DNA of 64,000 nt from Patescibacteria group bacterium. GTDB lineage: Bacteria; Patescibacteriota; Patescibacteriia; 2-01-FULL-39-33. This document shows positions 36,773 through 47,979 of the stretch, piece by piece; positions within the stretch are counted from its first letter, which is position 1; every line of letters begins with the position of its first letter. The translations under genes and the position numbers were made by a program. The stretch is from NCBI GenBank assembly GCA_041662745.1, contig JBAZRV010000002.1, positions 85,785-149,784 of the forward strand, given 5' to 3'. Under the pieces are notes generated by a model. That model was not told the origin of the DNA. It searched no databases and saw only the letters and a program-made list of their open reading frames with translations.

Positions 36773-37810
36773 ATGAAATTATTGGTTTTAACACAAAAAG
36801 TAGATAAGGATGATGCCGTTCTCGGATTTTTCCATAAGTGGTTGGAAAAAATGGCTGCTCGCTGCGAGAGCGTGGTAGTTATTTGCCTTGGTTGTGGTCG
36901 TTATGATTTGCCGGTTAATATCAAAGTGTTGTCTCTAGGGAAAGAACAGGGAGCGAGCAGACTCAGATATGTGATTAATTTTTTTAATTATATTTGGCGG
37001 GAACGGCGCAATTATGATCGGATTTTTGTGCACATGAATCCGGAATATTTAGTGCTGGGCGGCTGGCTTTGGTTTTGTTTACGCAAGCCAGCTTATCTCT
37101 GGTTTAATCATCAATATGGCAATTGGCTTGCTCGCTGCGGTCAGATATGGACAACTAAAATTTTTTACACTTCACCCCAATCGTTTTTTGCCGGCAGTTC
37201 TAAGAGTATTTCTATGCCGGTAGGCATCGATACGGATAATTTTAGGCGACAGGGCGATGAGCCGCGTCAGAATAATTCCTGTTTATGTTTAGGTCGGATT
37301 TCTCCAGTTAAGAATATTGAAGTTTTGATAGAAGCCGTGAAGATGCTTGATAAAAATGGCGTTGGATTGGTAGTAAAAATAATCGGCAGCGCTTTAAATA
37401 AAGATCAGGATTATCTTAAGGCACTGAAGGCTTCTTCAGCCGAATTAGTTTCTATCGGCAAAGTTTTTTGGCAAGAAGAAATTCCTAATTACCAAACCCC
37501 TACAATTTATCGCCAATATGATTTTTTTGTTAATTTGACCAATTCTGGTTCTTTGGATAAGGCGATTTTGGAGGCCATGGCTTGCGGTTGCCTAACTCTG
37601 GTTTCTAATACTTCATTAGAAGCGGTTTTGCCTGCCGAGCTGCTATTCAAAGAAAAGGATAGCATTGATTTGTCCCAAAAGATTATTGAAATTCTTGGCT
37701 GGACTGAAGAGAAAAAAGAAGCCCTCAGGGTTTCGTTAGCCGATTACGTCGAAAAAGCACATAGTTTGAATATGTTATTGGATAGAATATTTTTTTATTT
37801 GAATTCATGA
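36773..37810 (+). CDS. glycosyltransferase, GT4-like
   Basis: C-terminal LDKAILEAMACGCLTLVSN EAM motif; GT-B-like size. Confidence 0.55.
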   Translation: MKLLVLTQKVDKDDAVLGFFHKWLEKMAARCESVVVICLGCGRYDLPVNIKVLSLGKEQGASRLRYVINFFNYIWRERRNYDRIFVHMNPEYLVLGGWLWFCLRKPAYLWFNHQYGNWLARCGQIWTTKIFYTSPQSFFAGSSKSISMPVGIDTDNFRRQGDEPRQNNSCLCLGRISPVKNIEVLIEAVKMLDKNGVGLVVKIIGSALNKDQDYLKALKASSAELVSIGKVFWQEEIPNYQTPTIYRQYDFFVNLTNSGSLDKAILEAMACGCLTLVSNTSLEAVLPAELLFKEKDSIDLSQKIIEILGWTEEKKEALRVSLADYVEKAHSLNMLLDRIFFYLNS

Positions 37811-38562
37811 AGCTAAAATCGTTGCTTAAAAATTTAATTTATCGTTGTTTATATTTTTTTCCGGCCGGTTCTAATCAGGCCGTCATATTAATGTATCATT
37901 CTATTGGCGAAAATAATGTTTATTTTACCGTTAGGGCGGAAGAATTCTCTAAACAGATGGATTATTTAGTTAAAAATAACTATAATGTTGTAACTTTGAA
38001 TAATTTGATTAAGCTGTTAAAAACAGGGACTATTCCGTCTAAAACGGTGGTTTTGACTTTTGATGATGGTTATAAGGATAACTATGTTAATGTTTATCCG
38101 ATCTTAAAAAAATATAATTTTTCGGCTACTATATTTTTGGCCACGGGCCTGATCGGACAAAAGATTCCTAATTCGTCGGGTGAAGCGCTAGCAGCCCTTA
38201 GCTGGAAAGAAATTAAAGAGATGAATCAGGGGGGATTAATTGATTTCCAGCCGCATACGGTTCAACACCAAAAAAATTATCTTAATAATGAAACCAATAT
38301 TGCCAGCGAGGTTTCTAATTCTAAGCGGGAAATTGAAGAAGGCCTGCTTAAGACCTGCCAATTATTCGCCTATCCTTCGGGCAAATATAATGACTCAATA
38401 ATTAAGGTTTTGAAAAATTTGGGTTTTATCGCCGCTTTAACTGTCAGTAGGGGTGTGGTTAAAAGTTATGATGATTTATTCCGCTTAAAACGTAATTCTA
38501 TTGATAGTCGAATAAGTTTAAATATGTTCAAGACCATTATTAAGCGAGGGAGAATTAATTAA
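37807..38562 (+). CDS. polysaccharide deacetylase (CE4/NodB homology domain)
   Basis: VVLTFDDGYKDNY...FSATIFLATG...FQPHTVQH motifs. Confidence 0.75.
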   Translation: MKLKSLLKNLIYRCLYFFPAGSNQAVILMYHSIGENNVYFTVRAEEFSKQMDYLVKNNYNVVTLNNLIKLLKTGTIPSKTVVLTFDDGYKDNYVNVYPILKKYNFSATIFLATGLIGQKIPNSSGEALAALSWKEIKEMNQGGLIDFQPHTVQHQKNYLNNETNIASEVSNSKREIEEGLLKTCQLFAYPSGKYNDSIIKVLKNLGFIAALTVSRGVVKSYDDLFRLKRNSIDSRISLNMFKTIIKRGRIN

Positions 38563-38566
38563 AATT

Positions 38567-39214
38567 ATGCATAAAGCTTTTGATTTTGTTAGGGAAGTGC
38601 TGAGGGGTAAGACCATTTATCGGATTCTATTCAATTGGGAGGTGCAAAAGCATTGCCGGAATTTATCTGGGGAGGTTTTGGATCTGGCAAGCGGCGGTTT
38701 GGCTAGTTATTATCGCTATCTGCCTAAAAATACAAAATTGATAAGGACCGATTATCGACCAGGAAAGGATATTGATTTAGTCGTTGATTTAAACCGGCCA
38801 TTACCTTTGCCGGATAATCAGTATCAAAATATATTATTATTTAACGCGATAAATATTTTAGTAAATACCACTGACGTGTTCAAGGAAATAAATCGTATTT
38901 TAACAGTTGGAGGCAAATTATTTCTTTCCTCATTATTTATCGCCAATGAGATGCCGGAACCCCACGATTTTAATCGCTTAACTTATGAAGGCATAATGAA
39001 ACAATTAACGGCCGCAGGATTTTCTCGGGTGGAAATTTATCGTATAGGAGAACGGGCGACTGCCGCTACCCATATCATGGCCCCTTTTTATCCTTTCAGT
39101 TTTATACGCTTGTTTATTTATCCTATGGCGATATTGCTTGATCGCTTAATTTCTAAATCAGTCAGAACCAAGTATCCTTGCCCGATCGGTTATTTTGTAA
39201 TCGCTCAAAAGTAA
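38567..39214 (+). CDS. class I SAM-dependent methyltransferase
   Basis: VLDLASGGLASYY motif I; ~215 aa. Confidence 0.6.
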   Translation: MHKAFDFVREVLRGKTIYRILFNWEVQKHCRNLSGEVLDLASGGLASYYRYLPKNTKLIRTDYRPGKDIDLVVDLNRPLPLPDNQYQNILLFNAINILVNTTDVFKEINRILTVGGKLFLSSLFIANEMPEPHDFNRLTYEGIMKQLTAAGFSRVEIYRIGERATAATHIMAPFYPFSFIRLFIYPMAILLDRLISKSVRTKYPCPIGYFVIAQK

Positions 39215-39230
39215 GCAAAAAATTAGAATT

Positions 39231-40349
39231 ATGAATAAGTCATTGACATTAAAAAAGATAATTAAGAAAATCGGCATTTATCAGTCGCTGCGAAATAGTT
39301 GGGAAAAACTCCAATCTCGAAAATATCGCGATACTTTGTTTTTGATTGAAAACAAAAAAGATCTGCCTCTGCCCAAAGATATTATTTTCGAGCCAACAAC
39401 CCGTTGTAATTTAAATTGTTGCATGTGTCCGCAACGCGAAGAGCGCAAACAACTAAAACCGGATTTGCCTCCCAGCCAAACCAAGGACTTATTGATTAAA
39501 CTTAAAAAAGAGCTCGATATCAAATCAATTAGTTTGATCGGCGGAGAGGTTCTGGTCAGAAGTGATATCTTGGAAATCATAAAGACGCTCAAAGATTTAC
39601 ATATTAAGGTTTTTATTTCAACTAATGGAACATTGATTGATGAAAGATTGGCTGGAGAGTTTAATAAATTTAAGAATATTTCCGGCTTGGCTTTTTCTCT
39701 TGATGGCTTAAGGGAGAGGCACAACCAGATTAGGGGCAAGGATTATGCTTTTGATGGTGTTAAACAGGCCGTGGCTTTGCTTAAAGATGATTTTTCTTTG
39801 ACCATTAACGCTGTATTGATGGATGAAAATCTTAATCAGTTGGTGGATTTAGCCCGACAAATCAAGGCTTGGGGGGTGCCTAATTATTCTTTACAGTTTG
39901 AAATGTTTTCTACTGCCGCTGAAGTGGCTGCATCGGCGAAAATACTAGGGTTAGAGAATCAGGAAGATATTGCTGTAGAAATTAAAGAAAATCAGGATTA
40001 CAGTTTTTCCCAAGAGGCGATTAGCGCGATTATTGAGGAATTAAATAAAATTCCCGGTTTAGCTTTGATGATCCAACCGCGTCTTTATTCTCGTTTTCCC
40101 GAATTTTATTTAAAAGGAGAATTAAGGCAAAAAGTAAAATTAGATTGCAAGTATGTTAATACCTTGAGAATTAGCGCTCAAGGGAAAATGATTTTTTGTC
40201 CTTTTATCAAAAAAAGTTTTGGCAGTTTATTAACTAATGATATCGCTAAAGTTTGGAATAGTGCTGAGGTGAAAGACTTCAGGCAAAAACTTTATGCTAA
40301 TAATTTAACGCCGGTCTGCAAGCGTTGTTGCCGCTTGGGCGCGAAATAA
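39231..40349 (+). CDS. radical SAM protein with C-terminal SPASM/twitch-like Cys cluster
   Basis: EPTTRCNLNCCMCP (CxxxCxxC); C-terminal CPFIKK...CKRCCRLG cysteines. Confidence 0.75.
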   Translation: MNKSLTLKKIIKKIGIYQSLRNSWEKLQSRKYRDTLFLIENKKDLPLPKDIIFEPTTRCNLNCCMCPQREERKQLKPDLPPSQTKDLLIKLKKELDIKSISLIGGEVLVRSDILEIIKTLKDLHIKVFISTNGTLIDERLAGEFNKFKNISGLAFSLDGLRERHNQIRGKDYAFDGVKQAVALLKDDFSLTINAVLMDENLNQLVDLARQIKAWGVPNYSLQFEMFSTAAEVAASAKILGLENQEDIAVEIKENQDYSFSQEAISAIIEELNKIPGLALMIQPRLYSRFPEFYLKGELRQKVKLDCKYVNTLRISAQGKMIFCPFIKKSFGSLLTNDIAKVWNSAEVKDFRQKLYANNLTPVCKRCCRLGAK

Positions 40350-40353
40350 TATT

Positions 40354-41490
40354 ATGAAGATTATATATTTAGCTAATTTGCGGTTACCGACTGAAAGGGC
40401 CCATGGTTTGCAAATCATGAAGATGTGCGAGTCTTTCGCCGAAGCAAAAAATGAGGTGGAATTGGTGGTGCCGCAACGGTTTAATAAAATTAAAGAAGAT
40501 TATTTCTCTTATTATAATGTTAAGGATAATTTTAAGGTTACTAAGTTGCCCTGTTTTGATCTATTGCCGCTCGATCGCTGGTTGGGTGTTTTTGCGTTGT
40601 GGTTAGAGCTGACGACTTTTTTGCTGGCAGCTAAGGCGTATTTATTTTTTAGGGTTTATGGCATGATTTATACCCGCGAGCCGTTAGTCGGTTTATTTTT
40701 TAAGAATTGCATTTTAGAGGTGCACTCATTGCCCAAGTTTAATTATTATTTTTTCCGTTTAGCTGTTAAGAGGTCTAAATTATTGATAGTTTTAACCGAA
40801 GGGATAAAACAAGCGTTAATCACGCAAGGAATTAGCGCTGATAAAATCATGGTTTCTCCTGATGCTGTCGATTTACAGCAATTTAAAACAGAATTAAGCC
40901 AGGCTGAAGCGAGAGAAAAATTATCCTTGCCCTTAAAATCAAAAATTATCGTTTATACTGGACATTTATATCCCTGGAAGGGAGTTGACGTGTTAGCTGA
41001 AGCGGCGTCTTTATTGCCGGCTGATTGCTTGGTGGTTTTTGTCGGCGGAGTTAAGGAGGATATTGATGAATTTAGAACTAAATATGCCAGCGTAAAAAGT
41101 ATTTTAATTTTTGGTCATCGACCACATCAAGAAATGCCGATTTTTTTGAAGGCGGCTGATGCCCTGGCTTTGCCTAATAGCGGTAAGGAGGAAATTTCCA
41201 GAGTTTATACTTCACCCATGAAATTGTTTGAATATATGAGTAGTGGTACGCCCATAGTCGCTTCGGTTCTGCCGTCATTAAGGGAAATTTTAGACAATAA
41301 AAATTCTTATCTAGTTGAACCGGATAATGCTCAGGCTTTGGTTGATGGTATTAAATATTTATTAAATAATGAAGATATCGGGGGAAAATTAGCAGCTGCG
41401 GCTTTGCAAAAAGTAGAACAATACACTTGGGTTAAGCGAGTAAAAAATATTTTAAATTTTATTAGCACCGCTGATCAGCGATTTAAATAA
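40354..41490 (+). CDS. glycosyltransferase family 4
   Basis: GT-B size; SPMKLFEYMSSGTPIVAS motif. Confidence 0.65.
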   Translation: MKIIYLANLRLPTERAHGLQIMKMCESFAEAKNEVELVVPQRFNKIKEDYFSYYNVKDNFKVTKLPCFDLLPLDRWLGVFALWLELTTFLLAAKAYLFFRVYGMIYTREPLVGLFFKNCILEVHSLPKFNYYFFRLAVKRSKLLIVLTEGIKQALITQGISADKIMVSPDAVDLQQFKTELSQAEAREKLSLPLKSKIIVYTGHLYPWKGVDVLAEAASLLPADCLVVFVGGVKEDIDEFRTKYASVKSILIFGHRPHQEMPIFLKAADALALPNSGKEEISRVYTSPMKLFEYMSSGTPIVASVLPSLREILDNKNSYLVEPDNAQALVDGIKYLLNNEDIGGKLAAAALQKVEQYTWVKRVKNILNFISTADQRFK

Positions 41491-41511
41491 AAGTAATCAT
41501 TCTAAATAGTT

Positions 41512-42864
41512 ATGAAATTTTTTTTGTTAGTGCCGAATTTTAATCAAGGAAAAAAATCAATTATGAGTGTCAGGGCTAGACAGCCGCTGTCTATGGCGAT
41601 TATCGCTGCTATATTGATTAAAGATAGTCACCAGGTAAAATTACTGGACGCTAATGTTTTAAATTTATCTTTAACGGAGGTTCTGGCCGAGATTGCGGCT
41701 TATGGGCCGGATTTTTTTATTTTGACTTCAACTAAAATTGATCGCTGGGAGTGTCCCAATTCCAATATTGAAAATATTTTTCAGATTATCAATCAGGTTT
41801 CAGCTAAGTATAAAATTTTAATTGGCAGTCATGGCACTACTATGCCGGAATGGGTATTTGAAAATTGCCAAACAGATTTTATTATTCGAGGCGAACCTGA
41901 GTTAGCCGTTCAGAATTTGATTATCAGCCTGGTTAGTGGTCAAACTATTTCAAATATCGCCGGCTTATCTTATCGTCAAGGAGAGAAGATAATAAATAAT
42001 CCCAGCGAAAGAATAACTGACTTGGATATTTTGCCACTCCCGGCTTATAATTTATTGCCGATGGCTGAATACTCTTGTAATGATTTTGAAAAGCCTTTTT
42101 CAATTGTGATGACCTCGCGTGGCTGTCCCTATAATTGTATTTTTTGCCTTAAAGCAATGATGCCGGGTCAATATGTTGTTAGAAGTGTTGATAAGGTGCT
42201 CGAAGAAATAGAATACCTGATAAAAAATTTTCAAATTAAATCTATTTTTTTTCAAGATTGGGAATTTTTTATTGATAGTGACAGAGTCGAAAAAATTTGC
42301 TTGGAAATTATTAGACGTGGTTTAAAATTCACTTGGGGCGCTAATGCCCGAGCGACGGATATTACCAAAAGCGAATATCTCATGCCTTTAGTTAAGCAGG
42401 CTGGTTGCATTCTGATTAATTTGGGTATGGAATCTGCCAGTAATCGAGTTTTGGAACGAATTAATAAAAGAATAACTCAAGCTGATTTGCAACAAGCTGT
42501 AGATATTTTTAAGATTCATGGTATTAGTGGTGGTTATTGCGTCCTTTTAAATGCACCAGGGGAGAACCATCAAACGATTCAAGAAACGATTGATTTTGTG
42601 GTTAAAAATGATTTACAGGTTAAGCAATTTTTGCCAGTCATTCCTTACCCCGGCACAGTCCTCTTTGATCTTATTAAGAAGAAATTTCCTAATCGAATTT
42701 TAAATTGGAATAATATCGAACAATATGCTGGTTTAATCGAAGTTGAAAGTAAACCTTTTTGGAGCCTGTGGTTTTTAAGAAATTATAAAAATCATCTGAA
42801 ATATGGCCGAGGCTACTGGTTAAGGCCGGTTTTTTGGCGCGAAGTTGTTCTAAAAAATAAATAG
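41512..42864 (+). CDS. B12-binding domain radical SAM protein (class B)
   Basis: N-terminal cobalamin-binding Rossmann-like region; MTSRGCPYNCIFCLK. Confidence 0.8.
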   Translation: MKFFLLVPNFNQGKKSIMSVRARQPLSMAIIAAILIKDSHQVKLLDANVLNLSLTEVLAEIAAYGPDFFILTSTKIDRWECPNSNIENIFQIINQVSAKYKILIGSHGTTMPEWVFENCQTDFIIRGEPELAVQNLIISLVSGQTISNIAGLSYRQGEKIINNPSERITDLDILPLPAYNLLPMAEYSCNDFEKPFSIVMTSRGCPYNCIFCLKAMMPGQYVVRSVDKVLEEIEYLIKNFQIKSIFFQDWEFFIDSDRVEKICLEIIRRGLKFTWGANARATDITKSEYLMPLVKQAGCILINLGMESASNRVLERINKRITQADLQQAVDIFKIHGISGGYCVLLNAPGENHQTIQETIDFVVKNDLQVKQFLPVIPYPGTVLFDLIKKKFPNRILNWNNIEQYAGLIEVESKPFWSLWFLRNYKNHLKYGRGYWLRPVFWREVVLKNK

Positions 42865-42865
42865 T

Positions 42866-44281
42866 ATGAAGATCGCTTTAATTTTTACACCCTCCATTTA
42901 CCAAACCAAAGAAACTATGCCGCCGCTCGGCTTAGCTTGGTTGGCTGCGGTTTTGCAAAAAAATGGTTTCAACGACGTTTATATTATTGATAGTGTCATT
43001 AATAAATACGATAATCAAAAAATAATCGAATTATTAAAAGAACAAGGCGCTGATCTGATTGGGCTTTCTTTTGGCACGCAAAACCGTTTTTATGCTTTTC
43101 AATTAGCAGAACTTATCAAAAAAAACTTCCCCTCCGTACCGCTTGTGGCGGGCGGACCGCATGTCACCTTGACTGCTGATGACACCTTAAGGCAGATTCA
43201 GTCTATTGATATAATTGTGCGAGGGGAGGGCGAATTTACTTTTTTAGAATTGATTCAGGCGATTGAGCGGGGAAATGACATCAGAATGATTAACGGCCTC
43301 TCTTATCGGAATAGCCAGGGCGAAATTTTCCACAATACTGAACGAACGCCGATTATCGATTTGGATGTCTTGCCTTTTCCGGCCCGGGAATTGTTGCCAA
43401 TAAAGAATTATCAGCAGAAAATTCCATTATCGGATAAAATTTGCACGAGTATGATTACTAGCCGGGGTTGTCCTAATAATTGTATTTATTGTTCTACGGC
43501 CAGTCAGTGGGGGCATAATATTAGATTTCGTTCGCCCAAGAATATTGTGGATGAGATAGAAATAATTGTTAATAAGTATGGTCTTGAAGGAGTTGGCTTT
43601 TTTGACGATTGTTTCACTGTTGATAAAAAAAGAGTTATCGCTATTTGCCAAGAGATTATAAATCGAGGTCTAAAAATCGGTTGGTGGTGTGAGGCTCGAG
43701 CTAATACGCTTGATCCTGAAGTTTTGGCTTGGATGAAACGCGCTGGTTGCGAGTATATTGCCATGGCGATCGAGTCCGGCAGTAATGAGGTTTTAAAAAG
43801 AATAAAGAAAATGATTACAGTTGAACAGGGTATTGCCGCCGCTAAAATGATCCATGCCGTTGGTATTAAGCAAAAAATATTTTTTATGCATGGTTTGCCT
43901 GGAGAAACCTATGAAGACATTAAAAAAACTGTTTTTTTAAGTCGTTATTTATTAGACCGAGTGGGCGTGGAAGAAGCGACCCAAGGCGTAACTATTATTT
44001 ATCCGCATACGGAAATAGAAACGATAGCTAAGGAATTAAATATCTTGCCCCAGGATTTTTCTTGGAGTCGGATTTTCCATGAGCCGCGTTCGTATCCGCC
44101 GCTGATAGTTTCGCAAAATATGCCGATTTTTGAACAGCCGAATTTGAGTTATGAAAATATTTTTCAATTTGCTCGGCGAGCAAAAATGGAATATTACTTA
44201 TCGCATCCTCTATTTTTAGCACGGAAATTATGGAAACATAGAGATAATATCACTAAGTGGTTCACGACTAGAACAGTCTAA
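42866..44281 (+). CDS. B12-binding domain radical SAM protein (class B)
   Basis: ITSRGCPNNCIYCST; same architecture as 41512. Confidence 0.8.
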   Translation: MKIALIFTPSIYQTKETMPPLGLAWLAAVLQKNGFNDVYIIDSVINKYDNQKIIELLKEQGADLIGLSFGTQNRFYAFQLAELIKKNFPSVPLVAGGPHVTLTADDTLRQIQSIDIIVRGEGEFTFLELIQAIERGNDIRMINGLSYRNSQGEIFHNTERTPIIDLDVLPFPARELLPIKNYQQKIPLSDKICTSMITSRGCPNNCIYCSTASQWGHNIRFRSPKNIVDEIEIIVNKYGLEGVGFFDDCFTVDKKRVIAICQEIINRGLKIGWWCEARANTLDPEVLAWMKRAGCEYIAMAIESGSNEVLKRIKKMITVEQGIAAAKMIHAVGIKQKIFFMHGLPGETYEDIKKTVFLSRYLLDRVGVEEATQGVTIIYPHTEIETIAKELNILPQDFSWSRIFHEPRSYPPLIVSQNMPIFEQPNLSYENIFQFARRAKMEYYLSHPLFLARKLWKHRDNITKWFTTRTV

Positions 44282-44288
44282 AAAATCT

Positions 44289-45437
44289 TTGAATATGAAT
44301 TTTGATTTGTTTAATACTTTAAAGAAATTATTGTCATTACCGCTGGCCGGTTGGTTAAGATTGGTTGGTCTTATTTTTATTCGTAAAACCACTAGCCGCG
44401 CAGTAGTAGTTTTTTATAACGGCAAATTGGGTGATATGGTTTGCTTGACACCGGTGTTAGCCGCCTTAAAAAGTAATTATCCAAATCAGAAGCTGATCGT
44501 CTATGCCCGGAATAATTTTTTAGATGTTTGGCAGAATAATCCCAATTTGGATGAAATTATAGGTTTCGCTGGGGAGCAAGAATCCGGCCGATTTAGTTGG
44601 TTAATTAAACAATGGCAACGATTAAACTCTTTTCAGATTACTGCTTATTATAATTTGATGAATAATTTCGAAGGTGGGATTTTGGGGTTAATGTTGGCGG
44701 CCGATTGCCATTATACTGTTTCTACCGAGTTGGATGGCCGGTTATTACGTTTGCTTTATCATTTTTATTCAACGAACGAATATAAATTTGATTGTTTGAT
44801 AAAAGATTTCTATTTTGAATGGCTGAAAAAAAATGGTTTGAAGATTGAGGGTAATTTGCGGAATCAACTTTTTTTTCCGGGTGATCAAGATGAGGTGGAA
44901 GATTTTTTTTCTGCCAACTCTTTAGCCGGGCAAACGGTTATCAGCGTCATTATTTCTTCTGGTAAGGATTATAAAATTTGGCCTTTGAGCTATTGGTTGG
45001 AATTATTAAAAAGATTACAGAATGAATATCAGCCGGTTTTTTTGCTGTTTGGGTTGAAAGAGGATGAAAATTATTTAGAACAGATCAAAACTGAGATTGG
45101 TGTTAATGTTTATTTAATTTTGGGTAAAGATTTAGAAATTATTCCTTACTATTTAAAAAAAAGTCACTTGTTTATCGGCGTTGATACTGGCTTGTTGTAT
45201 ATGGCTGATGCTTTGTCAATTCCCGTGGTTGATATTTTGGGACCCTGTGATGATAATAACCAACGGCCGGAAAATACTTATCGCTTGGTGACTGATCGGG
45301 CCGTTTGCCGGCCGCAATGCAAAATGTTGTACAATGCGCCGATTAATAAAACTGAAGTAGCGGCTTGTTTTTTAGCAATCAGGCCGGAACAAGTTTTCGG
45401 GGCTTGTCGGGATTTGTTATTATTAGTAATTAGGTAA
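44289..45437 (+). CDS. glycosyltransferase family 9 (heptosyltransferase-like)
   Basis: GKLGDMVCLTPVLAALKSNYPNQKLIVYA resembles the GT9 N-terminal motif. Confidence 0.6.
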   Translation: MNMNFDLFNTLKKLLSLPLAGWLRLVGLIFIRKTTSRAVVVFYNGKLGDMVCLTPVLAALKSNYPNQKLIVYARNNFLDVWQNNPNLDEIIGFAGEQESGRFSWLIKQWQRLNSFQITAYYNLMNNFEGGILGLMLAADCHYTVSTELDGRLLRLLYHFYSTNEYKFDCLIKDFYFEWLKKNGLKIEGNLRNQLFFPGDQDEVEDFFSANSLAGQTVISVIISSGKDYKIWPLSYWLELLKRLQNEYQPVFLLFGLKEDENYLEQIKTEIGVNVYLILGKDLEIIPYYLKKSHLFIGVDTGLLYMADALSIPVVDILGPCDDNNQRPENTYRLVTDRAVCRPQCKMLYNAPINKTEVAACFLAIRPEQVFGACRDLLLLVIR

Positions 45438-45454
45438 AATATTAATTAAAATAA

Positions 45455-46813
45455 ATGAAATTATTTTTTAATAAAATAAAATCAGTAATAAAAGCAGTTT
45501 GGGATTATTTTTGGAAACTTAATTTTTTTCGCGATCTTTTATTTTTACAATGGGGCTCATTTTGGGATTTAGGCTTGTCGCTGATGGCTTCAGTTGTTTA
45601 TGCCCACCTGTTGGGAGTCGGGACTTATGGCGATTACGCTTTGATTTTCGCCCTAGCCGCTTTAATCGGGTTATTTATGGATTGGGGGACTGGTTATGCC
45701 ACCTTGACTTTACTTGCTGAAGCCTATACCAGAAAAAACCGTTCTGAGATTAAAGATATTATTACTTATTTTTTAAAGCTCAATTTGATTATTACGGTCA
45801 CTTTCGGTTTGGTGGCAATAATTTTTACTCCGACTTTAGCGGGTTGGTTTTACCATAACCCACTGATTGGTCAGTTAGCCCGGTTGGTTATTATTGGCTC
45901 TATTTTTAAAATTTTCTTTTCCTTGCTTATCAATTTGTTGCAAGTCATGCGTAAAATTAAGTATTTGACGATAATTGAGAATGTAAATAAATTTTTTGCG
46001 GTTGTTTTGCCGGTTATCCTGGTCTTAATGGGTTTTGGTTTGGCCGGCATTGTTTACGGCTATTTATTGACGATCATCGGCTCCATGGTTTTTTCTATTT
46101 TAGTTTATCGCAATTTTTCTCGACGCAATCCCTTGGTGCCTTCTTTCTCTGAAATCATTGATAATTTTTTTAAGGTTAAAATAAAAAAATATTTTAAATT
46201 CGGATTTATTTTGGCTATAGATAAAAATTTGTCTAATTTATTCGGTATTTTGCCGCTGATAGTTTTGGGTTACTTGGCCGCTTCCACTGATGTAGCTAAT
46301 TTAAAAATCGCCTTGGCTTATTTGGCCCTGCCGAATGGTTTTTTAAATCCGATCAGCCGCTTATTGCAAGTGCAGCTGCCTAAGGCCAAAGTCGCCGGCA
46401 TCAAAGATTTAAAAGTTAATTTTTATAAATCATCTTTTTATGCCGGCACAATTTTCATTTTTCTGACTTTGGGATTTTTATTTTTCGCCCCGTTTTTGAT
46501 TAAATTGGTTTATGGCAAGTCCTTTGCCGCCAGCGCTCAATTAGTCTATCCACTTAGTTTGAGCGTGATTTTTTCCGGTTTTGCAATCGGCTTCGGTTCC
46601 ATTTATCGGACGATCAATAAGAATATTTTTGCCATCGCTATCAATTCAGCCAGTATTCTATCCGGATTTATCGTGTTGTTTTTCGCCTTAAAATCGTTGT
46701 CTCCATTAAATAGCGTCGTCTTACTGATAGTCTATTGGTCTCTGTTTAATCTTATCAGCCATCTTCTTTACATCAGGGGCTACTTTTTAAAACTAAGTTC
46801 CCAAAAAATATGA
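45455..46813 (+). CDS. oligosaccharide flippase family protein (Wzx-like, polysaccharide biosynthesis protein)
   Basis: About 12-14 TM helices; 452 aa; lies within the GT cluster. Confidence 0.55.
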   Translation: MKLFFNKIKSVIKAVWDYFWKLNFFRDLLFLQWGSFWDLGLSLMASVVYAHLLGVGTYGDYALIFALAALIGLFMDWGTGYATLTLLAEAYTRKNRSEIKDIITYFLKLNLIITVTFGLVAIIFTPTLAGWFYHNPLIGQLARLVIIGSIFKIFFSLLINLLQVMRKIKYLTIIENVNKFFAVVLPVILVLMGFGLAGIVYGYLLTIIGSMVFSILVYRNFSRRNPLVPSFSEIIDNFFKVKIKKYFKFGFILAIDKNLSNLFGILPLIVLGYLAASTDVANLKIALAYLALPNGFLNPISRLLQVQLPKAKVAGIKDLKVNFYKSSFYAGTIFIFLTLGFLFFAPFLIKLVYGKSFAASAQLVYPLSLSVIFSGFAIGFGSIYRTINKNIFAIAINSASILSGFIVLFFALKSLSPLNSVVLLIVYWSLFNLISHLLYIRGYFLKLSSQKI

Positions 46814-47979
46814 GGATCGGCTTGGATTACATTAATGCACTAGGCGTGGGCGGGCTAAGCACCTACAGTCAGAATTTAATCGAAAGCTTGGCGTTGATTG
46901 ATGAGGAAAACCAATATTTTCTTGGCAATTATTGCCATGATTTTTTGCCTGGACGATCAAGGCAAAAATTCAACAATCCCAATTTTAAGCTGGCTCCAGT
47001 TTATGTAAGTCCGTTGGGCCTAAGTCTTCCGGAAAAGTTTATGGCGGCTGTTAATCGGCGATCAGTCAAACTAAATTATAAGCTGAGGCGATTGGATTTT
47101 TTTCATTTCACTAATCCCTTAAATTATGTTTTGGGCGTTAAATGCGGCATTGTAACGATTCATGATTTGGCCTTGTTGCATAATCGGACTTGGGCCAAGG
47201 ATTATGTTGTTTCAGCTTTTGTTGATAATATCGGAAAAATCATCGGCGAATCAAAAAGGATTATTGCCGATTCCGAATTCACTAAGAATGACATTGTCAA
47301 GTTTTTCAGTACTGATGAGAAAAAAATTTCCGTCATTCACTTGGCGGCATCCGCAAAATATTATCCGGATATTGACCGTGAATATTTGGCGGCTGAATTC
47401 GGCCTTAAAAATTTTATTTTTTATGCCGGCCAATTGCAGCCAAGAAAAAATATCTTGCGATTGTTGGAGGCCTATAGTTTGTTGCCGAATGATTTAAAAG
47501 ACAGGTATCAATTAATTTTGGCCGGCCGGCCGCGCAACCAAGAATTTCTGTCGGAGATAAATAAGGCCTTAGAGCGATTTAATTTGGTCGGCCAGGTAAA
47601 GATCATGGGGTTTGTTTCAAACACAGATTTGCGGAAACTTTATAGTTGTGCTAAATTTTTTGTTTATCCGTCGCTATTTGAGGGTTTTGGTCTGCCGATT
47701 TTGGAAGCCTATAATTGCGGTACTCCGGTCATAACTTCCAACACTTCGTCTTTGCCGGAAGTGGCCGGGACTAAAGCGGCGATTTTAGTCGATCCGGAGG
47801 ATGTCAAAACTTTGGGAGCGGCGATGGAAAAATTGTTGGTTGATCAGGAATTATACGAAAGTTTAAAAAGCCATGCCTTATTGGAAGCAAAAAAATTCAG
47901 TTGGCAGGCAACGGCAGAAAAAACCAAAGCCGTTTATGAAGATGTTTATCGGGAATTAAAACAAAATTATGGCCGTTAA
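46810..47979 (+). CDS. glycosyltransferase family 4
   Basis: FEGFGLPILEAYNCGTPVITSNTSSLPEV. Confidence 0.8.
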   Translation: MRIGLDYINALGVGGLSTYSQNLIESLALIDEENQYFLGNYCHDFLPGRSRQKFNNPNFKLAPVYVSPLGLSLPEKFMAAVNRRSVKLNYKLRRLDFFHFTNPLNYVLGVKCGIVTIHDLALLHNRTWAKDYVVSAFVDNIGKIIGESKRIIADSEFTKNDIVKFFSTDEKKISVIHLAASAKYYPDIDREYLAAEFGLKNFIFYAGQLQPRKNILRLLEAYSLLPNDLKDRYQLILAGRPRNQEFLSEINKALERFNLVGQVKIMGFVSNTDLRKLYSCAKFFVYPSLFEGFGLPILEAYNCGTPVITSNTSSLPEVAGTKAAILVDPEDVKTLGAAMEKLLVDQELYESLKSHALLEAKKFSWQATAEKTKAVYEDVYRELKQNYGR